A DNA stretch of 64,000 nt from an uncultured archaeon (lineage in GTDB: Archaea; Thermoproteota; Nitrososphaeria; Nitrososphaerales; Gagatemarchaeaceae), in assembly GCA_963817525.1 (NCBI GenBank), contig CAWFOU010000001.1, positions 928,001 through 992,000 of the forward strand, in the 5' to 3' direction. Below, piece after piece: positions 9,779 to 19,089 of the stretch. Position 1 is the stretch's first letter. The number at the start of each line of letters is the position of its first letter. The position numbers and the translations under genes are program-made. The notes beneath the pieces are model-generated. The model saw only the letters and a program-made list of their open reading frames with translations, had not been told where the DNA came from and made no database searches.

Positions 9779-10360
9779 TTGACGTCCGCCGAGCCGGCCG
9801 CGCAGCCCATAACCATCATAGAGCTCATGTCGGGCTGGGCCAGGGACAACGGAGTCATACTCAGGAGCAGGATACCCGCAGAGAAGAAGGTCCTGGCCGC
9901 GATAATGTGCGCATCGGGCTACACCTATCGTGACACGTCGAAGATACTCGGCGGGATCTCCCATGTCGCGGTGCACGACGCCCACAAGAACTTGATGGCG
10001 GCCCTGCCTCCTCTGCAAAAGAAGAGGAGGGAGGTGAACATAGAGGAGAACGTGGTCGACCTCAACGCCGAGACGAAGGCGGTGATTTGGCTGGCGAGGG
10101 ACGAAGACAGCGGGGAGATACTGTCCTTCCGCTGCTCCACGACCAGGTCTCCCATGGACCAGAAGAAGTTCATCGACTCCGTTCTCTCGGTGTGCACCGA
10201 AAGGCCCCTCCTCAAGGTGGAAAGGGGTTCGAGCTATCCGAATTCTCTGAGGCAGCTGGACCTATATTTCCAGATAGTGCCGACGGGCACCCCCATCAGG
10301 AAGAGGATAACGAGCTTCTTCCTAGGCGCTTCTGAGCCCGAGCCCAAAACGAAGAGCTAG
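9779..10360 (+). CDS. IS6-family transposase-like protein with HTH; DDE residues apparently substituted
   Basis: GYTYRDTSKILGGISHVAVH (HTH), IWLARDEDSGEIL...STTRS, VERGSSY, all resembling archaeal IS6 transposases by eye. Confidence 0.65.
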   Translation: MTSAEPAAQPITIIELMSGWARDNGVILRSRIPAEKKVLAAIMCASGYTYRDTSKILGGISHVAVHDAHKNLMAALPPLQKKRREVNIEENVVDLNAETKAVIWLARDEDSGEILSFRCSTTRSPMDQKKFIDSVLSVCTERPLLKVERGSSYPNSLRQLDLYFQIVPTGTPIRKRITSFFLGASEPEPKTKS

Positions 10361-10453
10361 AGAGGCCGTTAGGCCAACGAACTTTCGGGTGGGAGGGGCT
10401 CTAGGCCCTTTTGCGCTTCGGCCTCGGCCGGAGCGCGATGGACCTGAAGAGTA

Positions 10454-10819
10454 TCAAGCGGGAGGACATGCCCTCTCCAACACCATGCCTATCGCTCTGG
10501 TCCTTGCGGTCGCCATCTCCCCCTCCGTGCCGCACCTCGAGTAGCAGTCTGAGGCCCTCTGCACGAAGAAGAGCGCCTGCGAGACCTTGCGAGGCACGGG
10601 GGACGCGTCGCCCGCGAGGGTGAGCTGACCCGCCGTCTCGTACCAGAAGCCCGCCTCGGCGTTCTCGCCGACCTTCTCGAGGTCGCCCGCTATCCATTCG
10701 CAGACGCTGTCCCACTCGGAGGAGGCCTCGATGTCGTCGAGGACGCTCATCAATGATCTTACCGCACTACGATAGTCCCCCGTCTGCTCCAGCGCGAGGG
10801 CTCGCGATACTTGACCCAT
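10454..10819 (-). CDS. Helical-repeat (TPR/SNAP-like) hypothetical protein
   Basis: 121 aa with A..Y..A helical repeat pattern; codon usage like the host. Confidence 0.55.
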   Translation of the reverse strand: MGQVSRALALEQTGDYRSAVRSLMSVLDDIEASSEWDSVCEWIAGDLEKVGENAEAGFWYETAGQLTLAGDASPVPRKVSQALFFVQRASDCYSRCGTEGEMATARTRAIGMVLERACPPA

Positions 10820-10917
10820 GTGCGAGGGACAAGTGCCGCGGCGCGTCTAAGATTCCGCGCCTCAACTATATTCGAGTAAGCGGTTAGGAAATTGTGATGG
10901 TAAGCGAGCTTTTTCGG

Positions 10918-11337
10918 CTAGGAGAAGTAGGCGTTGCACTCCCTGTCGAAGGACTCTCTCGAGTCGGAGGCATGGATCGCGTTGTCCGTCAGGCCTATCG
11001 CGAGGTCTCCCCTTATCGTGCCCGGGGCGCTCTCCCAGCTCTTGGTGGCGCCGACCATCCTCCTCACGGTCGCGACGGCGTCCCTGCCCTGGATGACCGC
11101 GCCGACGGTCAGCCCCCCGGAGAAGGAGGCGACCAGCTCCCCGAAGAAGGGGCGCTCCTTGTGGACGCTGTAGAACTCCTCTGCCTTGGCCTTTGTCATG
11201 GTCTGCGCTTTCAGCTGGAGGATCTTCATCCCCCTCTTCTCGAACCTGCCGAGTATCTCGCCGACGAGCCCGCGGGCGACCGCGTCGGGCTTTACGACGA
11301 TGAGCGTCTTCTCGTTGGGGTCTGGCTGCGACGACAT
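10918..11337 (-). CDS. ndk: Nucleoside diphosphate kinase
   Basis: EKTLIVVKPDAV, PGTIRGD, NAIHASDS. Confidence 0.97.
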   Translation of the reverse strand: MSSQPDPNEKTLIVVKPDAVARGLVGEILGRFEKRGMKILQLKAQTMTKAKAEEFYSVHKERPFFGELVASFSGGLTVGAVIQGRDAVATVRRMVGATKSWESAPGTIRGDLAIGLTDNAIHASDSRESFDRECNAYFS

Positions 11338-11347
11338 GTCGATCTCC

Positions 11348-11533
11348 CTATCTGCTGAGCTTGTTTCTGCGCGCCCACTTTAGCTTGCGGGGGTCCCTCT
11401 TCAGCTTGAGGTCGTTCGTCTTGCACTTGTTCGAGCAGAAGCTCTTGGAGGTCCCGTCGTTCATCACGAGGAGGATGCCCGTCCCCAGGTGGACGTCCTT
11501 CCCGCAGAAATGGCAGCGCTTGGGGGTATACAA
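11348..11533 (-). CDS. rpl24e: 50S ribosomal protein L24e
   Basis: CHFCG...GTG...FCSNKC...RDPRKLKW. Confidence 0.95.
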   Translation of the reverse strand: MYTPKRCHFCGKDVHLGTGILLVMNDGTSKSFCSNKCKTNDLKLKRDPRKLKWARRNKLSR

Positions 11534-11661
11534 TTCAAACTGTCACCGAGTCTTCCTAGATTGAGAATCGAGGCCTAGAGCGGTCTCCATATAAATATAG
11601 AGAGTAATGAAAGCGCGAGAAACCGGGTGGGTGCCTAAATAGTCTCTCGAACGAATAAGCT

Positions 11662-12927
11662 GTGGCAGCCACAGACGACGTCGAGGACAAGGTGGCAGAC
11701 CACCTTGTCAAGAACGGCGACGACCTCCATTTCACTAGGTGGTTCTGGAAAGGGTGCGAACCCCTTCCAAGAGATGTGGCGGCCTATTCCAAATTCGCCG
11801 GGTTGGTTTCAGACTATTCGAAAGGAATCAAAATAGTCCCGGAGGGCATGGGGGTGGGATTGGGTTCGTCCGTATCGTGGGCCACTCAGACTACCATGCC
11901 CAAGCTTGGACACTATCTTACCGCCTTCATCAAGCTGGGAACTCCGGGGGAGGGAATGGTCTGGCTGACCATGGAGTGTACCCACGGTCAAGCTATTCCC
12001 GTGGGCCCTTTCCTTCAGGTCCCAAGCGAGGTTCGGTCTTGGAGAGATATTGAGCAGGCTTTGGCCCAAATCGGGTCTCCGGCAGACCACAATCCGCGAT
12101 TCAGCAAGGCGTATCTTTTTGGGTTTCTCGTGGGGATAATCATTGGCGACGCTCACAAGCCGAAACAAGGTCACAGCCATAGGCACATCAATGTCACACT
12201 AAGCAAAAGGTACGAGACGAATCTCTCAATCGGAGACTTCGCGACTTATTGCGCCAATCAACTTGGACTGCGGATGGAGAGAAAGCCGGATCTGCCAAAG
12301 CCAGAGGACAAGCCCTACGGATTCTATGTTTGGGCCTCCCAGTCCTCGCCTTTTGTCGACTGGATTTTCAATGTGGTCCTTGGCTTGGAAGATGGTCAAC
12401 ACACGACCTACGACGCTGTTCGGATGGACTGGGCATTTGAAGCGCCCCTCGACTTCCGACTAGGCATCATACACGGAATCGCCGAATCAGACGGCTCCGT
12501 GAGCGTGGCGAGTCAGACGGTCGAGTTCTGGGTGATTCCTGACTGGGACTTCATGATCAAGCTGCTCGCCACCTTTGGACTCAAGGGGTTTCGAAACAGA
12601 GAAGCCGTCTCGTTGGTAAAGACGCAGGCAACAGATTCCTTCAGGGTTCCGGTCTTCGCGGCGCATCTTCGGACGACCAGGTACGCCCTCCTGGAGCTTA
12701 TGGCGACGACGAGAAAGCTTGACAAGAAGGAAAGAATTCCCTCTGACGTTCGACAAGAGATAGTTCGACTCGCCGCGGAGGGTTGGTCGATTCCGAAGAT
12801 CATTGTTGAAATCGCTAGAACGCGGAAGCTACTAGTGTCCTTCGAGGCAGGACAGCGCTGGGCGAGGAAAAGCGGTAAGTATCAGCCTAAATCTAGGCAG
12901 CCTTCAAAAGAGGAAAATATTACGTAA
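11662..12927 (+). CDS. Free-standing double-motif LAGLIDADG endonuclease-like protein with C-terminal HTH
   Basis: FLVGIIIGDAH and IIHGIAESDGSV motifs; C-terminal IVRLAAEGWSIPKI...QRW; lower GC; antisense within an r-protein operon. Confidence 0.75.
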   Translation: MAATDDVEDKVADHLVKNGDDLHFTRWFWKGCEPLPRDVAAYSKFAGLVSDYSKGIKIVPEGMGVGLGSSVSWATQTTMPKLGHYLTAFIKLGTPGEGMVWLTMECTHGQAIPVGPFLQVPSEVRSWRDIEQALAQIGSPADHNPRFSKAYLFGFLVGIIIGDAHKPKQGHSHRHINVTLSKRYETNLSIGDFATYCANQLGLRMERKPDLPKPEDKPYGFYVWASQSSPFVDWIFNVVLGLEDGQHTTYDAVRMDWAFEAPLDFRLGIIHGIAESDGSVSVASQTVEFWVIPDWDFMIKLLATFGLKGFRNREAVSLVKTQATDSFRVPVFAAHLRTTRYALLELMATTRKLDKKERIPSDVRQEIVRLAAEGWSIPKIIVEIARTRKLLVSFEAGQRWARKSGKYQPKSRQPSKEENIT

Positions 12928-12948
12928 AATCAGACACGAAATTGTAAA

Positions 12949-13176
12949 TCACCTGATTTTTCTTGCCTCGCGTTCAGTATCTCGCAACAATAGTATGTCC
13001 GCGAGCCTGATGGGCCCCTTTACGTTCCTGGTGAGGATGCGGCCCTTCTCCTTCCCCTCTAGTATCTTTACCCTGACCTGGGTGATCTCGCCCGCCACCC
13101 CGGTGCGCCCGACTATCTGGACAACCTCCGCTGGGGTGATCGACTCTGCGCTCTGTTTGCTGCTGCCGCTGCTCAA
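12949..13176 (-). CDS. rps28e: 30S ribosomal protein S28e
   Basis: [19 protein letters not shown]...RNVKGP...EREARK. Confidence 0.97.
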   Translation of the reverse strand: MSSGSSKQSAESITPAEVVQIVGRTGVAGEITQVRVKILEGKEKGRILTRNVKGPIRLADILLLRDTEREARKIR

Positions 13177-13182
13177 CTATCG

Positions 13183-13584
13183 TTACGCCTTTGCTGTGGC
13201 TGCCTGTGGGGCGCCCCTGATCCTGGACAGCTCCTGGGTGACTTGGTCGAGGATGGCCTGCCCCTCCCCCGCCTCGGTCACTGCCGCCGCGGCGGTCGAG
13301 ACGTCGATGCCTATCGCGGGGCCGATCTGGTCCTTTGAGGAGACGAACACGTAGGGTATCTTCCTTTCATCGCATATTATCGGCAGGTGCGCCACGACCT
13401 CCGGGGGCTGGACGTCCTCGGCGATTATCACGAGCTTGGCTAACCCCCGCTCCACCGCCTTGGTGGTCTCGTTGGTACCCTTCCTGACCTTTCCGGTCCT
13501 AGACGCCTGTCTGAGGACTTCGTAGGCTGCTTCGGAGACCTCTTTCGGGGTCTCGAACTTTACAAAATAGGGTTTCGGGGTCAT
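13183..13584 (-). CDS. rpl7ae: 50S ribosomal protein L7Ae
   Basis: KGTNETTKAVERG, IAEDVQPPEVVAHLP. Confidence 0.97.
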   Translation of the reverse strand: MTPKPYFVKFETPKEVSEAAYEVLRQASRTGKVRKGTNETTKAVERGLAKLVIIAEDVQPPEVVAHLPIICDERKIPYVFVSSKDQIGPAIGIDVSTAAAAVTEAGEGQAILDQVTQELSRIRGAPQAATAKA

Positions 13585-13650
13585 ATTTCAAAATCTCCCA
13601 GCCCTGCCCTTTTCGTCGGATACTTAAGCCTTGATAGGTCGCGCGGAGCG

Positions 13651-15408
13651 TCAGGGGTGCGCGAGGATGCAGCGCCCGGGGCCGTCCACCCTCACGAACC
13701 CGTAGCGCGGGAACTGGACGATGTCCCCCTGCCCGAGGTTGGAGAAGGCGGCCTCCGCGTACCCCTTCCTGACCTTCAGGCTGTCGGGGTTCGGAGTCTC
13801 GTCGTCGAGGAAGAGCTCGGAGGGCTCGAGGACCTTGACGTCCATCTTGGAGACGTCGTCCACGACCCACTGGACCTTGCGGAGCTCCAGGAGCCGCTCG
13901 TCTCCGACGAACTCGGCCTGGGACTCCTTGCCCCTCTTGGTTAGCCTCACGTTGTATAGGTCCATGAGCCTGAAGACGTCGCCAGCCTTCATCGCGGCGA
14001 CGTCCGCGCGCGGCACCCAGAGGGTCGGGTTGGCGGGCACGTGGACCTCCTTCTTTCCCAGGCTCTCGTAGGTGGGGTGCATGGGCAGGACCAGGTCCCT
14101 GGAGGGACCGGCCTTCACCTTCAGCTGGATGGGGTCGGGGACGAAGAAGATCCTGATGGAGATGGGGTCGAGTATCTTCCTGTTGACCGCGAAGAGGAGG
14201 CTCCAGTCGAAGGTGTGCTCGGTCTTGCCGTACCCGACCTGGGCGGTGAACTGGCGGATGGCCTCGGGGACGATCCCCCGGCGCTTCACGCCCTCTATCG
14301 TCGGCATCCGGGGATCGTCCCAGCCTGTGACGACCTTCTTCTCGACGAGGGGCCGGAGGAGCCTCTTCGAGACGGGGGTGCCCTTGAAGTTGAAGCGCGA
14401 GAACTGCTCGACCACGACGTCGGGGAAGCCGAGGAGCTCCCTGATCTTGTCCTGGAGGGAGACGTGGAACTCGGAGCTCCTGAGGACGTGGGTGACGCCG
14501 CAGAGCTTGTCCTCGACCACGACCTCAAAGTCGTAGACGGGCCAGACGACGTACTTGGTACCCACCTGCGGGTGGGAGGCGGTGATGACCCTCAGGATGT
14601 TCGGGTCCCTCAGGGAGTGGTCGAGGTCCTCCATGTCGCCCTTGAGCCTGATGACCCACTCGCCCTCCTTGTACTTGCGCCCTAGCATCCCGTCCCAGAC
14701 GGCGACGTTGGCCTCCACGGTGCGCCCCCTGTGCTCGCATCCCTTGCCCTCGAACCTCAGCTTCTTGACGAGGTCGGCGGGGCACGAGCAGGCGTAGGCC
14801 GCCCCCATCTCGATGAGCCTCCTCGCGTGGTAGTAGAGGACCTCCATGTCGGAGGAGACGCTCTTCTCGTGGTCCCATCTGATCCCAACCCAGGTGTACC
14901 CGTCCCTGAAGGACTGGTAGTACTCCTCCTTCACCTTCCTGGGGTTGGTGTCCTCGAACCTGAGCCAGAGCTCTCCCGCGTACATGTCCCTGTACGCGGC
15001 GTTGATCACCCCCGCCATCGCGTGCCCGATGGTCATGTACCCGGACGGCTCGGGCGGGAGCCTGAGGACGACCTTCCCCTTCACCGCGTTGGGGAGAGGG
15101 GGGAACTGGCTCGCGTGGGCCTTCTCCTCGGCCTTCTGCGTCGCCCTCTTCTGGTCCCGGGCGGCCAGCGCGTCCGGGTAGCTCTCTTCGAGGAGCTTCT
15201 GCTGCTCTTCGGGGGAGAGGGAGTTCACGCGCTTGACCACATCCGCGGCCGCGGCGGCGACCTCCTTCGGCATCGACCTCAGGTCGGGCGACTCGCCCAT
15301 GCTCTTGCCCACCACCGCCCCCCGGTCGGCCACCCCCGCGTGGGAGACCGCGTTCAGGAGGGCGTTCCTCTCCATCGCCTTGAGCTGCTCTGGGGTGAGT
15401 GATGTCAT
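13651..15408 (-). CDS. gltX: Glutamate--tRNA ligase
   Basis: RLPPEPSGYMTIGH, RFEDTNP, WDDPRMPT, QFPRYGFVRVD; start placed at ATG 15408. Confidence 0.95.
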   Translation of the reverse strand: MTSLTPEQLKAMERNALLNAVSHAGVADRGAVVGKSMGESPDLRSMPKEVAAAAADVVKRVNSLSPEEQQKLLEESYPDALAARDQKRATQKAEEKAHASQFPPLPNAVKGKVVLRLPPEPSGYMTIGHAMAGVINAAYRDMYAGELWLRFEDTNPRKVKEEYYQSFRDGYTWVGIRWDHEKSVSSDMEVLYYHARRLIEMGAAYACSCPADLVKKLRFEGKGCEHRGRTVEANVAVWDGMLGRKYKEGEWVIRLKGDMEDLDHSLRDPNILRVITASHPQVGTKYVVWPVYDFEVVVEDKLCGVTHVLRSSEFHVSLQDKIRELLGFPDVVVEQFSRFNFKGTPVSKRLLRPLVEKKVVTGWDDPRMPTIEGVKRRGIVPEAIRQFTAQVGYGKTEHTFDWSLLFAVNRKILDPISIRIFFVPDPIQLKVKAGPSRDLVLPMHPTYESLGKKEVHVPANPTLWVPRADVAAMKAGDVFRLMDLYNVRLTKRGKESQAEFVGDERLLELRKVQWVVDDVSKMDVKVLEPSELFLDDETPNPDSLKVRKGYAEAAFSNLGQGDIVQFPRYGFVRVDGPGRCILAHP

Positions 15409-15467
15409 GGTGCTCGAGGCCTTCGCGCCACGGTCGCATTGGTCGTCATATATCGTTGCGGAGGGCG

Positions 15468-16517
15468 CTACCAGTCGCGCTCGACGGCGAACTTGGCGAC
15501 GGCGTCGAGGCAGTCGACGGCCTCCTTCGCCTCTGCCCCCTCCTCCCAGTTCGCCTCCCTGAGCATGGCCCTGGCCTCGTTGACGAGGCGAGAGGACATC
15601 CTCCGGGCGTAGTCTATCGTGCCGTATTTCTCGATGAGGTCCATGACCTGCGAGGCCTCCTTCTTGCGCCGCTCGCGAGGGAGCTTGAAGACGGAGGCCA
15701 CCCTCGCCCTCTCGGCGTCGGAGCAGAGCGAGAGGAGCCTGATCAGCATGAGCGTCCGCTTGCCCTCGAGCAGGTCGTCCCCGATCTCCTTGCCGTACTT
15801 GGACTGGTCTCCCGAGAGGTTCAGGATGTCGTCGTGGATCTGGAAACCGACCCCGAGCTTCTTCCCCGCCTCCACCATCAGCTTGAGCGAGGCGTTGTCG
15901 GCGCCGCCTATCACCCCGCCGAGGCGCAACGGGCCGATGACCGTGTACCAGGAGGTCTTGTGAGTGCACATGGTGAAGTAGTCCTCTTCCGTGAGGTCCC
16001 ACCTTCCCCCGACCACCCAGCCCAGCTCGATGTGCTGCCCCTCGGTGGTCTTGCTCACCATCGTGTAGAACTCCTCCATCACCCTGATGGTCTTCTCGTC
16101 GCTCAGCCTCTCCTGGTTCCTCAGGAGGGCTCCCCACATCAGGGCGTGGAGGGCGTCGCCCGCGTTGAGGGCGAGGCGCCAGTCGTACTTTTTGTGGAGG
16201 GCGGGGGAGCCCCTCCTCATCTCGGAGCCGTCCTCGATGTCGTCGTGGATGAGGATCCAGTGCTGGAAGATCTCTATGCATGCGGCGGTGGTCAGGACCT
16301 GCTCCTCCTTCCCCCCGAAGGCCTTACACGCGCTGACGCACATGAGCGCCCTCATCCCCTTGGCCGGCCTCGCGGGGTAGTCGCGCAGCATCTTGTAGAG
16401 GAGGTCGATCTCCCTGATCGGGCTGCGCTTGGGTAAAAAGTCCTCGAGGATGAGCTTGTCCACGGCCGACTTTACTCTCACCATCTCTGTGAGCATCTTG
16501 TCGGTCTGCATGGTCAT
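15468..16517 (-). CDS. idsA: Polyprenyl (geranylgeranyl) diphosphate synthase
   Basis: LIHDDIED (FARM), RRG, FQIHDD (SARM), GDDLLEGK. Confidence 0.9.
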   Translation of the reverse strand: MTMQTDKMLTEMVRVKSAVDKLILEDFLPKRSPIREIDLLYKMLRDYPARPAKGMRALMCVSACKAFGGKEEQVLTTAACIEIFQHWILIHDDIEDGSEMRRGSPALHKKYDWRLALNAGDALHALMWGALLRNQERLSDEKTIRVMEEFYTMVSKTTEGQHIELGWVVGGRWDLTEEDYFTMCTHKTSWYTVIGPLRLGGVIGGADNASLKLMVEAGKKLGVGFQIHDDILNLSGDQSKYGKEIGDDLLEGKRTLMLIRLLSLCSDAERARVASVFKLPRERRKKEASQVMDLIEKYGTIDYARRMSSRLVNEARAMLREANWEEGAEAKEAVDCLDAVAKFAVERDW

Positions 16518-16597
16518 GGCCGGGTCACGCATCCGCTCCCCCAGCCCCATGGCGCCCGAGAGAGAAAAGGGTGGCGGCGGTGCTGAAGGAGAGTTCC

Positions 16598-17350
16598 CTA
16601 TCCGCTGGAGACACCGTGGGGGACCTTGACCGTGGTGCCTTTGAACCGGACGCCACTTAAGGCTTTGAGGAATTCCGCCGGCCGCAGGCCCGAGACGAGG
16701 CGCACCTCGGTCCCCGAGGAGGCCATCCTCATCGCCTCGGTCAGCTTGAGGGAGATCCCCCCGGTGGCGTCCGTCCGGGCGGGGAGGAGCTTCGCCTCGC
16801 TCAGCTCGCCGAGCGACTCGATGACGGCCTCCTTCTCGTCGAGGACGCCGTCGACGTCCATCGCCATCACGCAGCGCGCGGCCCCGAGCATCTCGGCCAG
16901 CTCGACGCATATTGTGTCCCCAGAGAGTATCCTGAACCCCTTGCCGTCGTGGACGACGTCCCCGAAGGTGACGGGGGTGGCCCCGCCCGAGAGGAGGCGC
17001 TCAAGGAACGACGGCCCTCCCTCCTTGTCGAGTAGGGTGAAGGGAGAGAAGGGGTAGGGGTGCATCCCCGCCGTGGAGAGCGACGCGCAGACCTTCGCGT
17101 CGAGGGCGAACATCGCGTCCCGAGTCTCGCTCACCCCGGCAGGGGAGGCGGAGGTCTTGCGCGAGGAGAGCCCGTACTTCCTCGCCACTGTGTGCCCGAA
17201 CGAACCGCCGCCGTGGACGACCACGATTGGGAGCCCCGAGGCTACCATCGCCCTTCCGAGCCCCCTGACCGCCTTCTCGCGGTATGAGAACGCGACCTTC
17301 TTGTCCGTGACAACGGAGCCTCCGAGCTTCACGACGGTCACCGGTTTCAT
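16598..17350 (-). CDS. Isopentenyl phosphate kinase
   Basis: VVKLGGSVVTDK, VHGGGSFGH, SGD, DATGGI; lies between mvk and the GGPP synthase. Confidence 0.9.
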   Translation of the reverse strand: MKPVTVVKLGGSVVTDKKVAFSYREKAVRGLGRAMVASGLPIVVVHGGGSFGHTVARKYGLSSRKTSASPAGVSETRDAMFALDAKVCASLSTAGMHPYPFSPFTLLDKEGGPSFLERLLSGGATPVTFGDVVHDGKGFRILSGDTICVELAEMLGAARCVMAMDVDGVLDEKEAVIESLGELSEAKLLPARTDATGGISLKLTEAMRMASSGTEVRLVSGLRPAEFLKALSGVRFKGTTVKVPHGVSSG

Positions 17351-18276
17351 TCTGTCCACGCCCTCGCCCCGGAGGTCGGGATCCTGGTGAAGAACGCGTC
17401 GTACCCCCGAGCCGCGAGCTCCTTCGCCACGGCGGTCGCGTCCTCCTCACGCGGGGGCGGGACGGCCAGGACGCTGCCCCCGCCTCCGGCGCCGGTCAGC
17501 TTCGCCCCGAGGCACCCCTTGCTGAGGCACAGGTCGACCAGCTGGTCGAGCCTCTTGTTCGAGGCGCCGGCGCGGGCGAGGACTGCGTGGGCGTAGGTCA
17601 TGAGCCGGCCCAGGGTGACGGCGTCCCCCTCCACGAGTGCGTCGGCGCAAAGGCGCGAGACGAGCGTGGCGCTCTCGCACAGGCTCTCGAAGAGCGACGG
17701 ATAGGTCTCCTTCATCCCCGTGACCCTCGTGATCAGGCGTCCCGTGTTCCTCCTCCTCCCCGAGAAGGCGACGAGGAGCGTGACCGGGGCGGGGAGCTCC
17801 ACCCTGCGTGGCTCCTCTCCCCTCTTGAACAGGATCACCCCTCCGAGGGCTGAGGCGGCTGCGTCGATGCCGGAAGGGTTGCCGTGGACGAGCCTCTCTC
17901 CGGCCTCGCCGGCCTTGGCGAGGGCGGCCCCCTCGAGGCCCCAGCCCTCCAGCGCGCTGACCGCCCCGACCACCGCGACCATCGTGGCGGCGGAGGAGCC
18001 CAGGCCTGCGCCCCCGGGGAGCTCGGAGGCTATGGAGATGGAGACCCGCGGCCGGGCATTTTTCGACTTGTAGAGCGTGTCGACGACCCTCCTCGCGGGC
18101 TTGAGCGCTTCGGGGTCTCGGAGGTCGGACACTATCGCGAGGCGGTCGCTCCTGGTGGCCTCGACCCTTACCTTCCTGTCGATGGCCGCCGCGAGCGCGG
18201 TCGCCCCGTGGACGACAAAGTGCTCCCCCGAGATTATGACCTTCCCTGGGGCTTCGGCGACTCCCTTCAGGGGCAT
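17347..18276 (-). CDS. mvk: Mevalonate kinase
   Basis: APGKVIISGEHFVVHG, LPGGAGLGSSAA, HGNPSGID, KLTGAGGGG. Confidence 0.95.
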   Translation of the reverse strand: MPLKGVAEAPGKVIISGEHFVVHGATALAAAIDRKVRVEATRSDRLAIVSDLRDPEALKPARRVVDTLYKSKNARPRVSISIASELPGGAGLGSSAATMVAVVGAVSALEGWGLEGAALAKAGEAGERLVHGNPSGIDAAASALGGVILFKRGEEPRRVELPAPVTLLVAFSGRRRNTGRLITRVTGMKETYPSLFESLCESATLVSRLCADALVEGDAVTLGRLMTYAHAVLARAGASNKRLDQLVDLCLSKGCLGAKLTGAGGGGSVLAVPPPREEDATAVAKELAARGYDAFFTRIPTSGARAWTE

Positions 18277-18322
18277 GCGGCCTCCTTTCCGGCGCCCGAA
18301 GTTAAGGATGACTGGGTGGTCC

Positions 18323-19030
18323 TCAGAACCGGTCGTGGCGCCTGGGGCGCTCGTCTTCCTCTTCTTCCATGTCGGCCTCTGTGACCTTGGTCTCAAAGTC
18401 GTCGATGGTGTACTTTAGCTGCTGGTCCCCCGTGAGTAGCGAGGAATGGGTTAGGACGGACCTCGCGAGGAGGTAGAATATCGTGGCTAGCGAGCGCCTG
18501 CCGCGGTTGTTCCCGGGTATGACGAGGTCGATGTCGTCCGTGATGTTGTCCGTGTCGCAGACCGCGATGACGGGCGTCCCCATGTTGGCCGCCTCCACTA
18601 TCGCCTGGGTGTCGGAAGCGGGGTCGGCGACGACTATCAGCTCGACGTCCAGGTGCCCGGGGAAGAGCGGGTTGGTGAGCGTCCCGGGCATGAACCTGCC
18701 GACGACCGGGATGGCCTTTGTGACCTCGCAGAACTTCTCCACCGGGACCTTCCCATAGTCGCGGCTGGTGTAGACCACGACGTTCTGGGGGCCGACGAAG
18801 GAGATGAACTTGCCAGCGACGTCTATCCTCTGGAGCGTCTTCGAGTAATCTAGAAGGTGGAGCCCGTCCGGCCTTGGTCGGGTGGTGAACTGCTCCATGT
18901 TCTTCGTCCTGACCTGGGTCCCGATCCTGATACCCGTCGCGAGCAGCGCCTTCTCTGAGAGCTGGGGCACGATGAATTTTTCGTCAGACCCTGCGTCGTC
19001 CCCTTCTTCGGAGGACATCATGTTAGCCAC
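18323..19030 (-). CDS. rps2: 30S ribosomal protein S2
   Basis: LATGIRIGT, GRFMPGTLTNP, DLVIPGNNRG. Confidence 0.96.
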   Translation of the reverse strand: MANMMSSEEGDDAGSDEKFIVPQLSEKALLATGIRIGTQVRTKNMEQFTTRPRPDGLHLLDYSKTLQRIDVAGKFISFVGPQNVVVYTSRDYGKVPVEKFCEVTKAIPVVGRFMPGTLTNPLFPGHLDVELIVVADPASDTQAIVEAANMGTPVIAVCDTDNITDDIDLVIPGNNRGRRSLATIFYLLARSVLTHSSLLTGDQQLKYTIDDFETKVTEADMEEEEDERPRRHDRF

Positions 19031-19089
19031 TTCGCTGTCAAGCCGAGCCTTTCGCCATCTCAGGGAACCTCATTTAAGGGTTGCAGGCG

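Noticed and set aside
13651-16281. 876-aa ORF suggesting a large N-terminal fusion to GluRS
   Set aside because: The upstream part is an off-frame shadow of the GGPP synthase gene; GluRS starts at 15408
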